In this document: positions 39,934 through 53,412 of the stretch, piece after piece
Layout: each line of letters opens with the position of its first letter
Numbering within the stretch: position 1 is the stretch's first letter
From: Eledone cirrhosa
Taxonomy: Eukaryota
DNA: 64,000 nt
Reading direction: 5' to 3'
NCBI GenBank assembly: GCA_964016885.1
Contig: OZ024751.1
Span: 28,768,001-28,832,000, forward strand
The notes under the pieces: model-generated
The model's input: only the letters and a program-made list of their open reading frames with translations
What the model was told of the DNA's origin: nothing
Databases searched by the model: none
Position numbers and translations under genes: made by a program

Positions 39934-40828
39934 ATGTATGTATGTATATATGTATACATATGTATACATATACGCATACACAGATACACATACATATGCA
40001 AATGCATACAGGCACACAAGCACATACATATGAATGCATACACATACATTCATTCTGCATCACTTTCTTACTTTTTGTCTTTACATATACATACATATAT
40101 ATATATACGTGTATATATATACACATATATATATATATGTATATTTCTTATGTTTGATTGTGTTGTTGTTTTCAATAATAATAATAATAATATCAATAAC
40201 AATAATTATTATTATTAATAGTATTATGTAATAACAATCGTTTGTGCTTTTATTTTCATTTTTTTTTTATTTAATTTTTTTTATTGTTTTTTTTTTTTTT
40301 TTCGTTAATAATTTTTCTGTAAAAATTTTTAATACACTGGTTAACAAAAATATAGTGAATTAGATTATAATTAAAATAGCTCGTCACACAACAACAAAGA
40401 AGAATAGAATTGGCAGTAGCAGAGAACAGAAAAAATAACATTTTCATTTCAAGTTTAACGAAATTAAAAAAAAAAAAATTTTAAATAGACAAGAAAAAAA
40501 AAATTATTTAAAAAGAGCCAAAAATGAACAATATGCAAATTAGACAAATTCAAATATGTAATTTTGAAGTTCCTTCATTTTAATTTTTTTTAATTTAATT
40601 TAATATTTTTTCACTTTCACTTTTGTATTCTTTTAATATTTTTTTAATATACTTTTTTGTTATTTTCTTAAGAAAGAAAAAAAATACATGTTTTATGTTG
40701 ATATTTTAAACAACAGTAAAATAATATATATGTATGCATGTGTGTATATATATATATGTATATGTATATATTTATATGATGTTCTGCATGCGTTTCTGAC
40801 AAAATATATAGATATACATGGTTATATA

Positions 40829-40915
<87 letters not shown>

Positions 40916-41024
40916 ATACACATGAATAAAATAGTTGGAAAAAGCGAAATTTTAAAAAAATATGCTATATATTTTCTTATTTCTTTTGACACATACACAG
41001 AACACAGTTGGATCTCCATCAGTA

Positions 41025-41358
41025 TCTATGATGAGCGTTCCAATTCTCAATCAACAGAACAGCCTGCTGTGAAATTGACGTGAAAGTGGCTGAGTATTCC
41101 ACAGATATCTGTATGTTGATTTTAGTGAGATTCACCATGATATAATATATGACATTGCATGGCTGGCTAGCTGGCTGGCACTTTGAATTACAGGTACAAC
41201 ATATTTTTGTGCCAGCTGAGTAGACTGAAGCAGTGTGAAGTAGAGTAGAGCGTCTTGCTCAAGAACACAACACACCAAACCAACAAGAACTGAGCTTGTA
41301 ACCTTATTACAATCATGAGCTGGCTCCCCTCCCTAACCACTAAGTCACATGCCTTCAC
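41025..41358 (-). mobile_element. Old CORE-type SINE, family C (related at about 57350-57490 with 57810-57940, and 63305-63605)
   Basis: gaaattgacgtgaaagtggctgagtattccacaga...ctttgaattacaggtac...gtcttgctcaagaacacaac...ctaaccactaagtcacatgccttc. Confidence 0.7.
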
Positions 41359-41432
41359 ACACACACATACACACACATAAACTCCCCTCTACCAAAATCA
41401 TGACTTCAATCTTATATATATATAAATGTATA

Positions 41433-41483
<51 letters not shown>

Positions 41484-42779
41484 TTACATATATGCACACA
41501 AACATATATATACACACACACTTACATATATGCACACAAACACACACATATATATATATATATTATAATAGAGCCCTTTTCTTTTTCATATATCATCCTT
41601 ATCATCATGATGATAACTATCATTATCAATATCATAGATAATATTATTATTATTATTATTAATATTATAATTAGTATTATTATCATCATCATCATCATCA
41701 TCATCAAATTTGCATTCACTTTTCCATGCTTGTTATATTTTTATATATTTTATTTTTATAATTTTTCATTGTCAATTGTTTTGTTAATGTGTATTTTCAC
41801 TCAATTTTATTGTTATCCCCCACTGTCCCCTATCTTTGTATTGTCCCCTATATGTCGGCCCTTGTGGCCAATAAATGAAATCATTATCATTATCATCATC
41901 ATCATCAATATCATCAATATTATCACCATCATCGATATCATCGTTATTATCAACATCATTATTATTAACGTTTTTATACTCTAATTTGCATTTTTAAAAT
42001 ATTTTAATTTTTTTTTTTTAATCTTTTACCAAACAACAAATCAATGCCAAACCCAGTCAACAGGAAATCCATTCAAGTAGATGAATGAACATATTTAAAA
42101 CTATTAATCAACAAGACAGAAAAAAGAAAGAATTTTTGCAATAATAATAATAATAATAGTAATAATAATGATAAAAGTATGGGTTGAAAAGGGAGTAAAA
42201 AGACTGAGTCTTAAAAAAATAAAAAAAAATGTTTTTTTTTCTCCCTAACAGGAGAAATAAGGTGAAAAAAAAAATGTCTAAGACAGCAGTATTTGTGTCA
42301 GTATTTCAATCATACTGTGTGATTGATATGCATTGATCACCTATATTCATCATCATCATCATCATCATCATTATAATCAGTTTAATATCTAGGGTTTGTT
42401 TTGGGATGTTTCTTTGTTGTTAATTTTTTTATGTTTAGGTTTTTTTTTGGGGGGGGGGGGGGTTTGCTGTGCTGGCATCATTTAGACAAGTCTGCAAAGA
42501 CAGCATCTAAGAACAATTTGTCTGAGACTTTGTATCATCTATCTATCTCTTCTTGGAGGGAGACAGGAAAAAGAGAGAGGGAGAAAGAGTTGGGTTGGGG
42601 GAGGATGACCCAGTGTTCTAAAGTCAGAAATAACTATTTTTCTACTGGGACTCTGACAGTAGTTCCACAATGATGTACCACAAAATGGAATTTGGTGTAC
42701 TGCGAAAGAGCAAAATTCTATTTCAAAATGTGAACAATACAAATCGAAATTCTATGACACAAAATTGGTTGTTTTAAAG

Positions 42780-42909
42780 CAGGAATGGGCAACCTTTTTC
42801 GAGAAGTGGCCCCTCATAAGGTGGGCTGCGCTACTAAAAAAATTTAAGGTAATTTGTCTTTAGGTATGCCATACAGAAAGCCAAACAGGCCAGAATTTTG
42901 CCATAAGTG
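42780..42909. mobile_element. hAT/Charlie-like MITE with 8-bp TSD
   Basis: TTTTAAAG at both 42772-42779 and 42910-42917; starts CAGGAATGGGCAACCTTTTT (Charlie-type terminus); the right end ttgccataagtg is an imperfect TIR. Confidence 0.6.
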
Positions 42910-43552
42910 TTTTAAAGTGGATTTGAACTCAGAATGTAAAGTGCTGTAACTCTATGCCATAAAGCATTTATCCGATGCTCTACCAACACTGTCAATCCAC
43001 CACTTAATAATGAGAAAGTTGGTTATATTAGTAAATCCCTCCAAAGTCTTGTTTATCTACAAAACTGAAAATCACAGACAGTGTCTTCCATTAGCAATAT
43101 GGTAAAGAAAGGGTTAAAAATGAAAAGACAAATGTTTAGAGCAACATCCTTCAGTGAACAATGATATTTTCTTAACCTATTAACCCCTTTCTTCTCACAA
43201 ATTTCCAGCCCAGACCATCACAAGGTTGCTTCCATAACTCTACAGTATACTGCTATCATATAGATATAGTATCTGTCTGTCTCTCTCTCTTACACAGACA
43301 TAAGTCCTCTATTGCTAATAGAATGGTAGACTTGACTGCAGTTCTATTCTTACATGTCTATCAACAATACCATCTATACTGTAATCATTACATCAGAAAT
43401 GAATATTTCAAAAGCAGACATGTATCTGTGTGTGTGTAGGTGTCTCTGTGTGTGTGGCTTGTTATGTAGGTTCATGTAATACAGACACTAAACATGTACT
43501 GAATGAAGGACACAAATACTGTTTATAGAGTCTAAATAATATCAATAACACT

Positions 43553-43615
<63 letters not shown>

Positions 43616-45159
43616 GATCTGTATGAGCATGACGTGGTCTCCAAACCCTATAAAAGCATGGAAAATGGATGTTAAATGATGATGATGATGATACATATAT
43701 ATATGCAGTCCTATACGAGTGAGACACGGTCTTCCGACCAATCTTGCCTCGAGTGGGACAATTCCCGTCTAAACCCATGCTAGTGTGGAAGATAGACGTT
43801 AAACGATGATGATGATGATATATATAAGGTGGTGCTGCCCCAGCATGACAGCAGCAGTAAAAGAATATATATATATATATATTTATGTCTGTAGTGTATG
43901 TATTCATATATATATATATATACACACATATACACCAAAAGAAAAATTACTTCTCTTCACTACCAAACACATTAAAGAAAAAAATTAAAGAGATAAACAA
44001 TTTTAACGGCACCTTCACCTCACCTACACCTCCACCATCTACATCCCCACCACCACTACCTACATCTCCACCACAATCAACAACAACAACAACAATAATA
44101 ATCCTTTCTAGTTAGAGATATAACAACAATAATATACAAAAAAACCCATCTTTCAAGAGGAATTAATGCCACAACACTCACACATACACACATACATACA
44201 CAACTAACAACACAGAGACACTCATACACACAAATACACACACGTGCACACACACACAGACACTCACACATTAACACAGAGGTACTCTAACACACAAATA
44301 CACACACAGAGGAACACTCATACATACAACACACTAACAACAGAGACACTCATACACACACTAAAAACGCTTAGACACACACAGACACACACAGACACTC
44401 ATACACACACACACTAACCACAGACACTCATACACACACTAAGAACACACATAGACACTCACACACATAGATACACTCGCATACACACACACACAAGCAC
44501 ACACACACACAGGCATCACATACATACACATACACACAGCATTCATTCCCATTCTTACATACAAACGTACATCGTATCATCACCATTATTATTATTGTTA
44601 TTATTATTATCATCATCATTATTATTTATTATTAAGTGTTATTAACAACAATATTCTTTAAGTATGTTTGAGAGACGAGAACAAGCTTCATTCACCATTA
44701 TCTCTCTCTCTCTCTCTCGCTCTCTAAGTCTTTCTCAGTCTCTCTCTCTCTCTCTCGCTCTCTAAGTCTTTCTCAGTCTCTCTCTCCCCGCTCCCTCTTT
44801 CTCTTTCTCTCAGACAAGAGAGCTTTGTAAGCAATTCATTGATAACAAAGCTGTGTGGACTTGACCTCACGGCTATATCAACAACAAGAGGAAGGAAGTA
44901 ACCAGGCTAATAGAATAATATACTGCCAGAGAATCATACCATCATACCTCCTTTTATTCCACACCTAAGGTGTATATCTTCCACAGAATAGTTAGAATAT
45001 AATGCTGGGTCTTTAGAAAACTAATCTCTACAAAATTTAGTTGCAAAAGAAGAATGGTAAATATAAAAATTTCTTGACAACTAACAACAGACAATGAATG
45101 CTAATTAGAAATGTACAGCTGAATACAACAAGGAAGAACATTTTGCAGTTTCACAATTC

Positions 45160-45615
<456 letters not shown>

Positions 45616-46574
45616 GTGCACACCCACATTACCCATTGTATAGACAGGGTACAGAATAGAGAATGGTCTTTGCCTCCAGAAAGTATGATATTTGGCCTCC
45701 AGCATTGCAGATAATGATAATGGTGATCCCGAGCATCACAGAAAAGAGAAACAGAACCGAAATGAAAAGTTTCCAATGTTAAATATTGAAATGGAATGTT
45801 ATAGAAAGTATATGCGAAATGGAATAATATTAATTTGTCTATTTATCTATGAATTAAAAATTATTGCTGCCATTATTAGTATTGTCATTATTATTATTAT
45901 TATATTTAACATGTTGATGATGATGATGATGATGGTAGTTCAATATTTATTTTTCTCAATCACTTGACGTTTGCTGAATGAAATCAATTAAGCAGAAAGA
46001 TAAGTTATTATCAATTTGATAATAACTTGATAACATGTTATCTTCTTCCTCTTCCTCTGACAATAATAATAATAATGATGTGATAATGATGATGAACTTA
46101 GCAGAATATAGGTAAATTATTAAGAAATATCTTTAAATTATGTAGAATAACAGGATAATTCAAAATATTAACAGGCCATGGACGTACCACACTTTATCAA
46201 ACTATATTTCAGTGCAGTGGTTTATATTTATCATCTTTTTGACTGGTTTCAGTCAACAGCCATTGATAAGCACTTGAATTACCAAACCCATATTTATGAA
46301 ATATTTCCTGCTAAATCATTCTATGTGTTCTATTGAATGTACCAGTATTTCTTGATGGAGTTGTAGAGACGCTGTAATGACATACAACAAGTCTTGAGCA
46401 TTTTAAACCCGACAGAGCCCCCACCCATAAACCCACCACCATTTCCTCTCTAGCTCTGAACACAGCCAGTTTCTTTCAGAGAACTGATATTGAGGAATTG
46501 AATAGAAAGAGTTATAGAAAAAAAAAAAAAATCTATACTCAGTATTGGACTAGTACATTTTTTTTATTGACCTC

Positions 46575-46756
46575 CCGTATCTGGCCAGAATTCTCTCACT
46601 TCTTTCTGTTCAAACCGGCCATAACCAGCTGCTCATACTTATGTTAAAGTATTGTTCTCAAAATAAATATCAAAATCTCATAGATTTGATATGTGAGATA
46701 AAGTGTTTATCATGAAAATATAATAGTAGATATAGAATAATGTAAATGTTAAAAGG
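46575..46756 (+). mobile_element. piggyBac-like MITE family 1, left end missing
   Basis: Interior matches the 18301 copy; ends taaatgttaaaagg|TTAA. Confidence 0.75.
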
Positions 46757-47004
46757 TTAAAGGATGAAACACAAAGTTGACCTTGACAAGTTTTGAACTT
46801 GGAGTATAGAGATCCAGAATGAATACTGGAAAGTATTCTATCTGACATTCTAATGGCTATACCAATTAGCCACAAGCTAAATTATTACAGGATATGAAGA
46901 ATTAATCATAATATAATAAAAAGGTGAAAAACAAGAAATTACAGACAATAGCCAAGTATGTAAAAATGCTAACCTAGCCACTTCTTCAGTCTAAAAGGAG
47001 ATTT

Positions 47005-47036
<32 letters not shown>

Positions 47037-47196
47037 AGCTTTATCATATAGTTTATAGCAAGAAAACACTAAAGTAGGCCTAAGACAATTAAACATGAAT
47101 GATATAAAGAAATGCCATTTTTTTTAACAATATTAGATAAAAGGATTAATACACAAAATAATGGATAAAGAATAAAATATAAACCAATGATAATTA

Positions 47197-47670
47197 ATTG
47201 TTGTTTAACCCCAGGTCAGGCCAGATCTAATAGACAGATGATCAACAGATGTGACAATTTGTTGTTTGTTTTTGCATTGTTCTACTTGATCAGGGAATAC
47301 ATTGTCCAATGTATCTTGAATCTTACTTTATTTAAGGGACACATGGTTGCTATTTCTAGCATATTGTTTAACCCCAAGTCAGCCCTGACCTAGCAGTCCA
47401 ATGATCAACAGATGTGATAATCTGTTGTGTATTGTATTGTATATCAGGGAACATATTATTCAATGTATCATGTATCATGTATCATGTATCATGTATCATG
47501 TATCATGTATCTTCCTTTATTTAAGCTGGCAAGAGTAGTGTTATACGAGGGACATTTGGTTGCTATTTCTAGCATATTTTTGTTGTTGTTTAACCCCAGG
47601 TCAGCCTTGATCTGGCAGACCAATCACCAACAGATGTCACAACCTGTTTTGTATTGTATATCCTTCCTTA
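47197..47670. repeat. Three tandem diverged copies of an interspersed repeat
   Basis: ttgtttaacccca(g/a)gtcag...caacagatgt occurs three times, twice followed by ggttgctatttctagcatatt; contains a (tgtatca)n run. Confidence 0.75.
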
Positions 47671-47894
47671 GGCACATGCCTGTGGGGTTAAGAAGTCCAC
47701 TTTACACCCACGTAGTTTTAGGTTCACTCCCATACTTTGACCAATGTCTTGTGAGGAGAAATTTGGCAGATGGAAACTGTGTGGAAGCCTTTCACATATA
47801 TTTGTGTCTCTGTGTGTGTGTTTTCATCTTAATATATAAATATTAAGGATGAAAGACAAAGTTGCAGTAAAATGAAATAATCCTTTTTACACTT

Positions 47895-48057
47895 GGTAGT
47901 TGACCCCAGTACATTGCTGGTACTTTATTTTATCAACCATGAAAGGATGAAAGGTAAAGTTGACCTCGGTGGGATTGGAATGCAGAATGTAAAGGGACAT
48001 AACTATATACTACAAAGCATGTTGCCTGATGCTCTACCGATTAATGCTAATCCACCA
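47895..48057 (-). mobile_element. Family A SINE
   Basis: gaccccagtacattgctggtactttattttatc...aaagttgacctcggtggga...gctctaccga. Confidence 0.8.
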
Positions 48058-48159
48058 CAGTAAAATATAATATTGAAAAAAAGGAAACACTAAGAAAGAA
48101 AGAAAGAAACAAACAAAAAGTGATGAGAATTAGATTAAGGAATTGAAAGGATTCTAAAA

Positions 48160-48184
48160 GATTTTCTTATTTGAACCTTAGCAA

Positions 48185-48224
<40 letters not shown>

Positions 48225-48420
48225 GGTAAAAGAGATAAAGATATTCTCATTTGAACCTCAGCAAAGAAGATATAAAGATAGAATAGAGATAGGGAGAAGA
48301 GGTGAAAGAGAGAGATAATCTCATTTGAACCTGAGCAAAGGAGAGGGAGAGAGAGAGAGAGACTTTCACGTGAACCTTAGCAAAGAAGAGATAGATAAAA
48401 AAAAAGAGAGAGAGAGAGAA
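48160..48420. repeat. Composite array: core tc.tttgaacct.agcaaag x4 with GA-rich spacers
   Basis: Cores near 48168, 48246, 48320 and 48366. Confidence 0.8.
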
Positions 48421-48819
48421 GGGGTGAAAGTGATAGATTCAAGGAATCACATTTGAAATGTTCACTTTATCTTAATAAAATTTAATATCATTAAATTTTA
48501 TTCAGATTAATCTAAACATCAAAAAATAAAATATATATATATTGTGTAAAGTTGAATTTTTTTTAAATCACCCCCCCCCCCCCCTCTCCCACAAAAAAAC
48601 CCATGAATATGTTGAAAATTAAACTTAATAAGTATTCCAAGCTTGGAGCCATTTTAACGATGTATGAATAGATGGATGATATTTAATGTAAGGCACAAAA
48701 CAAGTCTAGATATTTATGGATGGGGTGGGGGTAGGGTGAGGTAGGGGTGGGGATAGATTAAATCAACCCCTCCCCTGCCATTCCCCTCAACTATCTCCTG
48801 GTAATTTGATTGGTAACTA

Positions 48820-48995
48820 CAGTGAAATCTGTTATAACGAAATTCACGAGGTAAGGTATAACAAAAATTTGTTGTAACGAAAAATTCTTAATAACGAAAT
48901 CGTGCTAACACATCGAATGTGTGGCTGGGGTTTGAAAAAAAATTTCGTTATACTGAAAAATTCGTTATAATGTTATTCGTTATAACGATATTTTA
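48820..48995. mobile_element. pogo/Tigger-like MITE nested in an old family A SINE
   Basis: TA|CAGTGAAATCTGTTATAACGA start; multiple direct and inverted subterminal (t)tcgttataacga motifs; right TIR lacks its last bases; SINE halves flank it (about 48690-48817 and 48996-49060). Confidence 0.7.
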
Positions 48996-49276
48996 GGAGT
49001 CCTTGAAGGATAAAAGGCAAAAAACTGGCTTTGGTAGGATTTGAACTCAGAGAGTAAAGATAAAATAGAACTAACTGATATAGTTGCTACGAAAACAAAA
49101 CCAGAACTAGTGATGTGTACGTGTGTGTGTGTTAATGTGAGTGCGTACACAGATGGAAACTGTGTGGAAGCCTTTCATATATATATATGTGTCTGTGTGA
49201 GTGAGTGCGTACATGTGTGTGAGGTGCATAAAACTAAATATATATATATATCATTATTTTATATAGAATATGCATG

Positions 49277-49464
49277 GGTGAATTGGCAGTATCGGTAGAA
49301 GGTTGGACGCCATGCTTTCCAGCATAGTTACGTCCCTTTACAGTCCGAGTTCAAACCCCGTCGAGGTTAACTTTGCCTTTCATCCTTTCGGGGTCGATAA
49401 AATAAAGTACCAGTAATGCACTGGGGTAATTGTTGGCCTTGTGCCAAAAGTAGAAACAATTATT
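49277..49464 (+). mobile_element. Family A SINE, full length
   Basis: tggcagtatcgg A box, gagttcaaaccc B box and gcctttcatcctttcggggtcgataaaataaagtaccag core. Confidence 0.9.
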
Positions 49465-49926
49465 TTATATAGAATATATTTAATGTTATAAAGTCAATAA
49501 TTATGAAACATGTTAGTGAATGATGCTGTATATAAATTGAAATAACTATTTTTAAAAACTGTCAAATGAAGAGGAAACAAGAGTTTGTCTTAAAGTTTGC
49601 AGTCCCAGCACACCCATCCAGTAACTGACGCAAAGACAGAACTTTTATGATTAAATTTAGATACATCTTTAAACATACACACACACACACATATATATAT
49701 ATATAAACAATGAGTTATATGCTTTGTTGATGAATATTCAACAGAGTTATGTTCATAACAGATATGAAGCACTCTACAGAGGAAATTTATCTGGAGTATT
49801 ATAATATTATTAATAGTAATAAATGATGATACCATAATTTAGTATCCTTGAAATACGTATAATAAAATAAATATGATGCTATAGTGATATTTTCCATTTA
49901 TTACTATTAATAATATATATATATAT

Positions 49927-50262
49927 ATCATCATCATCATTTTACGTCCACTTTTCCCTGCTTGCAAGGGTGGGACGGGAACTGATTCTGGCTTGATTTC
50001 TACAGCTGGATGCCCTTCCTAACACCAACCTCATTTACAGTGAGTGCTGGCTGCTTTTTTGCCGTGGCACCTCCACGACCACTTTGCAGTGGAATGATAG
50101 GGATCCCAGTCCCTGTCATCTCATTTCTACAGCTGAGTAAACTGGAGCAATGTGAAATAAAGTGTCTTGCTCAAGGAAAGAACACATCACCCGGTCTGAG
50201 AATTGAACTCACAACCTTTCGATTGCAAGGACTATGCTCTAACCACTAAGCCATGTGCCTCC
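49927..50262 (-). mobile_element. Full-length family B CORE-type SINE
   Basis: Reverse complement of 55963-56310 with few differences. Confidence 0.93.
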
Positions 50263-50270
50263 AAATATAT

Positions 50271-50385
50271 ATGAAGGACGAGCACCCGAAACGTTAAGAC
50301 CCTCTTCCTGCTATATCAAGCGTTAACCTAATATATCCCTTCCATATACTGTACCAATTGTGTTGTTATTTCTGTTTACCTTTTA
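50271..50385 (+). mobile_element. H1 Penelope-like terminal remnant
   Basis: atgaaggacgagcacccgaaacgttaagaccctcttcctg...tgtgttgttatttctgtttacc, homologous to 60450-60548. Confidence 0.6.
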
Positions 50386-50397
50386 CATATATGGTAA

Positions 50398-50502
50398 TGA
50401 GAGCTGAAGCTTACAGAGGAGATGATGAAGGACCGTGACAAATGGAGAGATGCTATGCTGAAGAGGACCCGTCCCAGCGGATGTATGATGGTGATGATGA
50501 TG
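50398..50502 (+). mobile_element. Short RTE-like LINE 3' terminus
   Basis: Translates LKLTEEMMKDRDKWRDAMLKRTRP (DRxxWR motif), followed by (GAT)n. Confidence 0.6.
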
Positions 50503-50755
50503 CATGTGTGTGTTTGTATGTGTCTGTGTGTGTTTGTATGTGTCTGTGTGTGTTTGTATGTGTCTGTGTGCATTTAGACTGACAGACAGACAGATAGATA
50601 TATAGATAGATGGAGTTTGAAGATAATAGTAATAAGAATACAAAGCATAGGTGAAGAATGATTACAACAGAACTACGAAATTAACAGACATTTACCAAGT
50701 TTGGTGGAAATAATAGACTTTACAACTACTACACTAGATACTACTACCACCACAT

Positions 50756-50786
<31 letters not shown>

Positions 50787-51406
50787 ATCAACTACACCAC
50801 CAACTACTACTACTACTGCTACTACTACAACAACATTAATCAATGTATGTCATAAATAAAAACCCGGAACCAACAAGAGTCCGAAAAATTAGACAGTCTC
50901 AAAGACAGAGAGGGGGGGTGAGGGGTGAGAGAGAGGCAGGGGTGAGAGGGGTGTGTGAGAGAGAGGGGGGTGAGAGAGAGCCAGAGAGAGATTCATAGAA
51001 AGACAGAGACAGAGAGTCAGACAGACAGACAGACAGAGAAAGAAAGAGACAGAGAGAGTAAGAGAGAGAAAGAAAGAGACAGAGAGAGAGAGAGAGAGAG
51101 AATAATAAAAGAATCTGTGATAATAAGATGACAATTGTTTAAAATGATAAAGGACATCATGTTGGTAAAATTAAAAGTTTGTTTATCTGTTGTTTCTGTT
51201 ATTATTGTTTATGTTGTTGCTGTTGTTTATGTTGTTGCTGTTGTTTATGTTTATGTTGCTGTTGTTGTTGTTTATGTTGCTGTTGTTGTTGTTTATGTTT
51301 GTAAATAGTCTGAAGGGAAATACCTTGACTGATTTTGACAGAGAAGCAGTGAGAGATAAATTGACAAGTTAAATTATAAAGACTGTTATAGAATACAACT
51401 GGAAAC

Positions 51407-51475
<69 letters not shown>

Positions 51476-51614
51476 ATATATATATGTATGTATGTGTTTT
51501 ATATATATATATATTATTGCATATGTATGTATATACATGTGCCTCTGTATGCACACATACATAGAAATCTTATCTAATCTACATACATACATCTACATAC
51601 ACACATCTACCTAC

Positions 51615-51653
<39 letters not shown>

Positions 51654-52037
51654 CTGCTAAACTGCTAAACTGTGTTTTCTATGAAAAGGAAAAGGAAATT
51701 TACCTATATAGAGAGAAGATTTGTTAAAAGAGCCGAAAACAAGTGGAACTTATATTGTGGTAAGAATCGGTGACTGATGCTGATAGCAGACATAACAATA
51801 TAAGTGCTGTGAAGAATGAAAACAATCACAGATATAGTTTCTTCTTTTATTATCCAAACACAATTCCTATAATACACAACACACAACTACTATACTATAA
51901 AACTATTTTATTTTCTACACAACAATTCTTTTGACTGGTGTGTATATATATATATATATATATATACACTGGCTATTGTCTTTCTAAAATATATAAACAA
52001 CATTGGCGCAGCATATGTATGTATATGAATGTATGTG

Positions 52038-52085
<48 letters not shown>

Positions 52086-52224
52086 AAATCGGTGAGACTC
52101 AGAGGAGATGACAAAGGAGCGCAACTAGTGAAGAGATGTCTAACCCATACGAGTGTGGAAAAAGCGACGTAAAAGCAATGATGATGATGATATATTTACA
52201 TATATATATATATTAACATATTTA

Positions 52225-52405
52225 AAGGCATAGAGTTCAGACTCTTTACGTTCTGAGTTCAATTCCCGCCAAGGTTAGCTTTACCTTTCATCCTTACAGA
52301 TTCGATAAAATAAAGTACCAGTAACACACTGGGGTCAATTTAATCGACTTTCCCCTCCCCCAAAATTGCTGGCCATGTGCCTAAATCAGAAATCATTATT
52401 ATTAT
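52225..52405 (+). mobile_element. Family A SINE (further degenerate copies at 53590-53740 and 59035-59150)
   Basis: tttacgttctgagttcaattcccgcc...cctttcatcc...cgataaaataaagtaccag...ccaaaattgctggcc. Confidence 0.85.
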
Positions 52406-52763
52406 TTTTTTTCTTGATGTCAGCCGTTGTGGCCAATAAAGAAATCATTATTATTATTGTTATCATTATTATTATCATTATGCTGGTGTTTAGCACATAA
52501 CAAACGTTCTTGCATGAAATTAGGATAGAAGGATTTTAGATAAATATAAATAATTTACATCATATGTCAGTGGGGCAGATTTAGACAGTTTGGTGATGGG
52601 CGCATGATGTTATGACCTGTCACATAATTTAGCATAGAACAAGTTCAGTAATTTTTTTAATGTTGGTCAGAGCAAGAATGGACAAAACCTAGGTTCGTTA
52701 TCTTACTAAACAACTACTGAATCAAATTTTCCAGTTGTTGTCTTCCTGTTTCTTCTACAACAA

Positions 52764-52976
52764 CTACAACGGTACGTGATGGGGCCCACCCACAGCCCCA
52801 GCGGACAGAATGGAGAAGGCGCTTCCCCGGAGGACGGCAAGGGAGACGCACTGGAAAAGCCACTCCAACTCGTGGGGCTCACACTTGCGGCTGGCCAGCT
52901 CAGCGCCTATGGTAGTGAATAAGGAGGTAGCTCTGGGGCCGAGGACACCAGAAGTCTCCACTGCCAGGGAAGGTTT
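52764..52976 (-). mobile_element. CRE-clade non-LTR retrotransposon 3' end (restriction-like endonuclease C-terminus)
   Basis: GC-rich island translating LAVETSGVLGPRATSLFTTIGAELASRKCEPHELEWLFQCVSLAVLRGSAFSIL. This matches the AVETxG...WLFQRxSLAxxRGNA signature typical of CRE-type RLE domains. Confidence 0.8.
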
Positions 52977-53184
52977 TAACACAACTTCAACATTTCAAAT
53001 TCAAGGAAATAACATCAAAGAGAGATTTATATTCCTTCAATCTCCCACTTAGATTTACTCCCAAATTAAATATATGCCTGAAGCCATGTAAATTCTTGGT
53101 TGTATCTAAATAGGACAAATTAAAATATATCTTGGTTAAGAAAAAATCTCTCTCTTCTATAATAGAAAATGATTCAAATAGCAA

Positions 53185-53412
53185 TGCTTCTACTTCTCTG
53201 AATAGAGAGATCACAGCTCTGATATTATGGGCATGCGGTTAGAATCGCTGGACAGATTTTATGGGCAAAACCAGCCGGCAGGAGACCCAGGGGTAGATCC
53301 TGAGAAAGATGGTTGCATAACATCCATGAGCTTGGCTAGTCTTGCTTGGGGATCAATTGGAGACAGTTGCTTCTGACAGGACCCGATGGAAGGAGTGTTT
53401 GAGGACTCTGCT
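53185..53412 (+). mobile_element. RTE-clade (Expander/Rex3-like) LINE 3' fragment
   Basis: Translates LLL*IERSQL*YYGHAVR...AKPAGRRPRGRS*ERWLHNIHELG; homologous to 31520-31772. Confidence 0.82.

Noticed and set aside
40526-40540. Sox plus octamer composite (AACAAT-ATGCAAAT)
   Set aside because: The Sox half is in the non-canonical orientation and the surroundings are extremely AT-rich; chance occurrence is likely.
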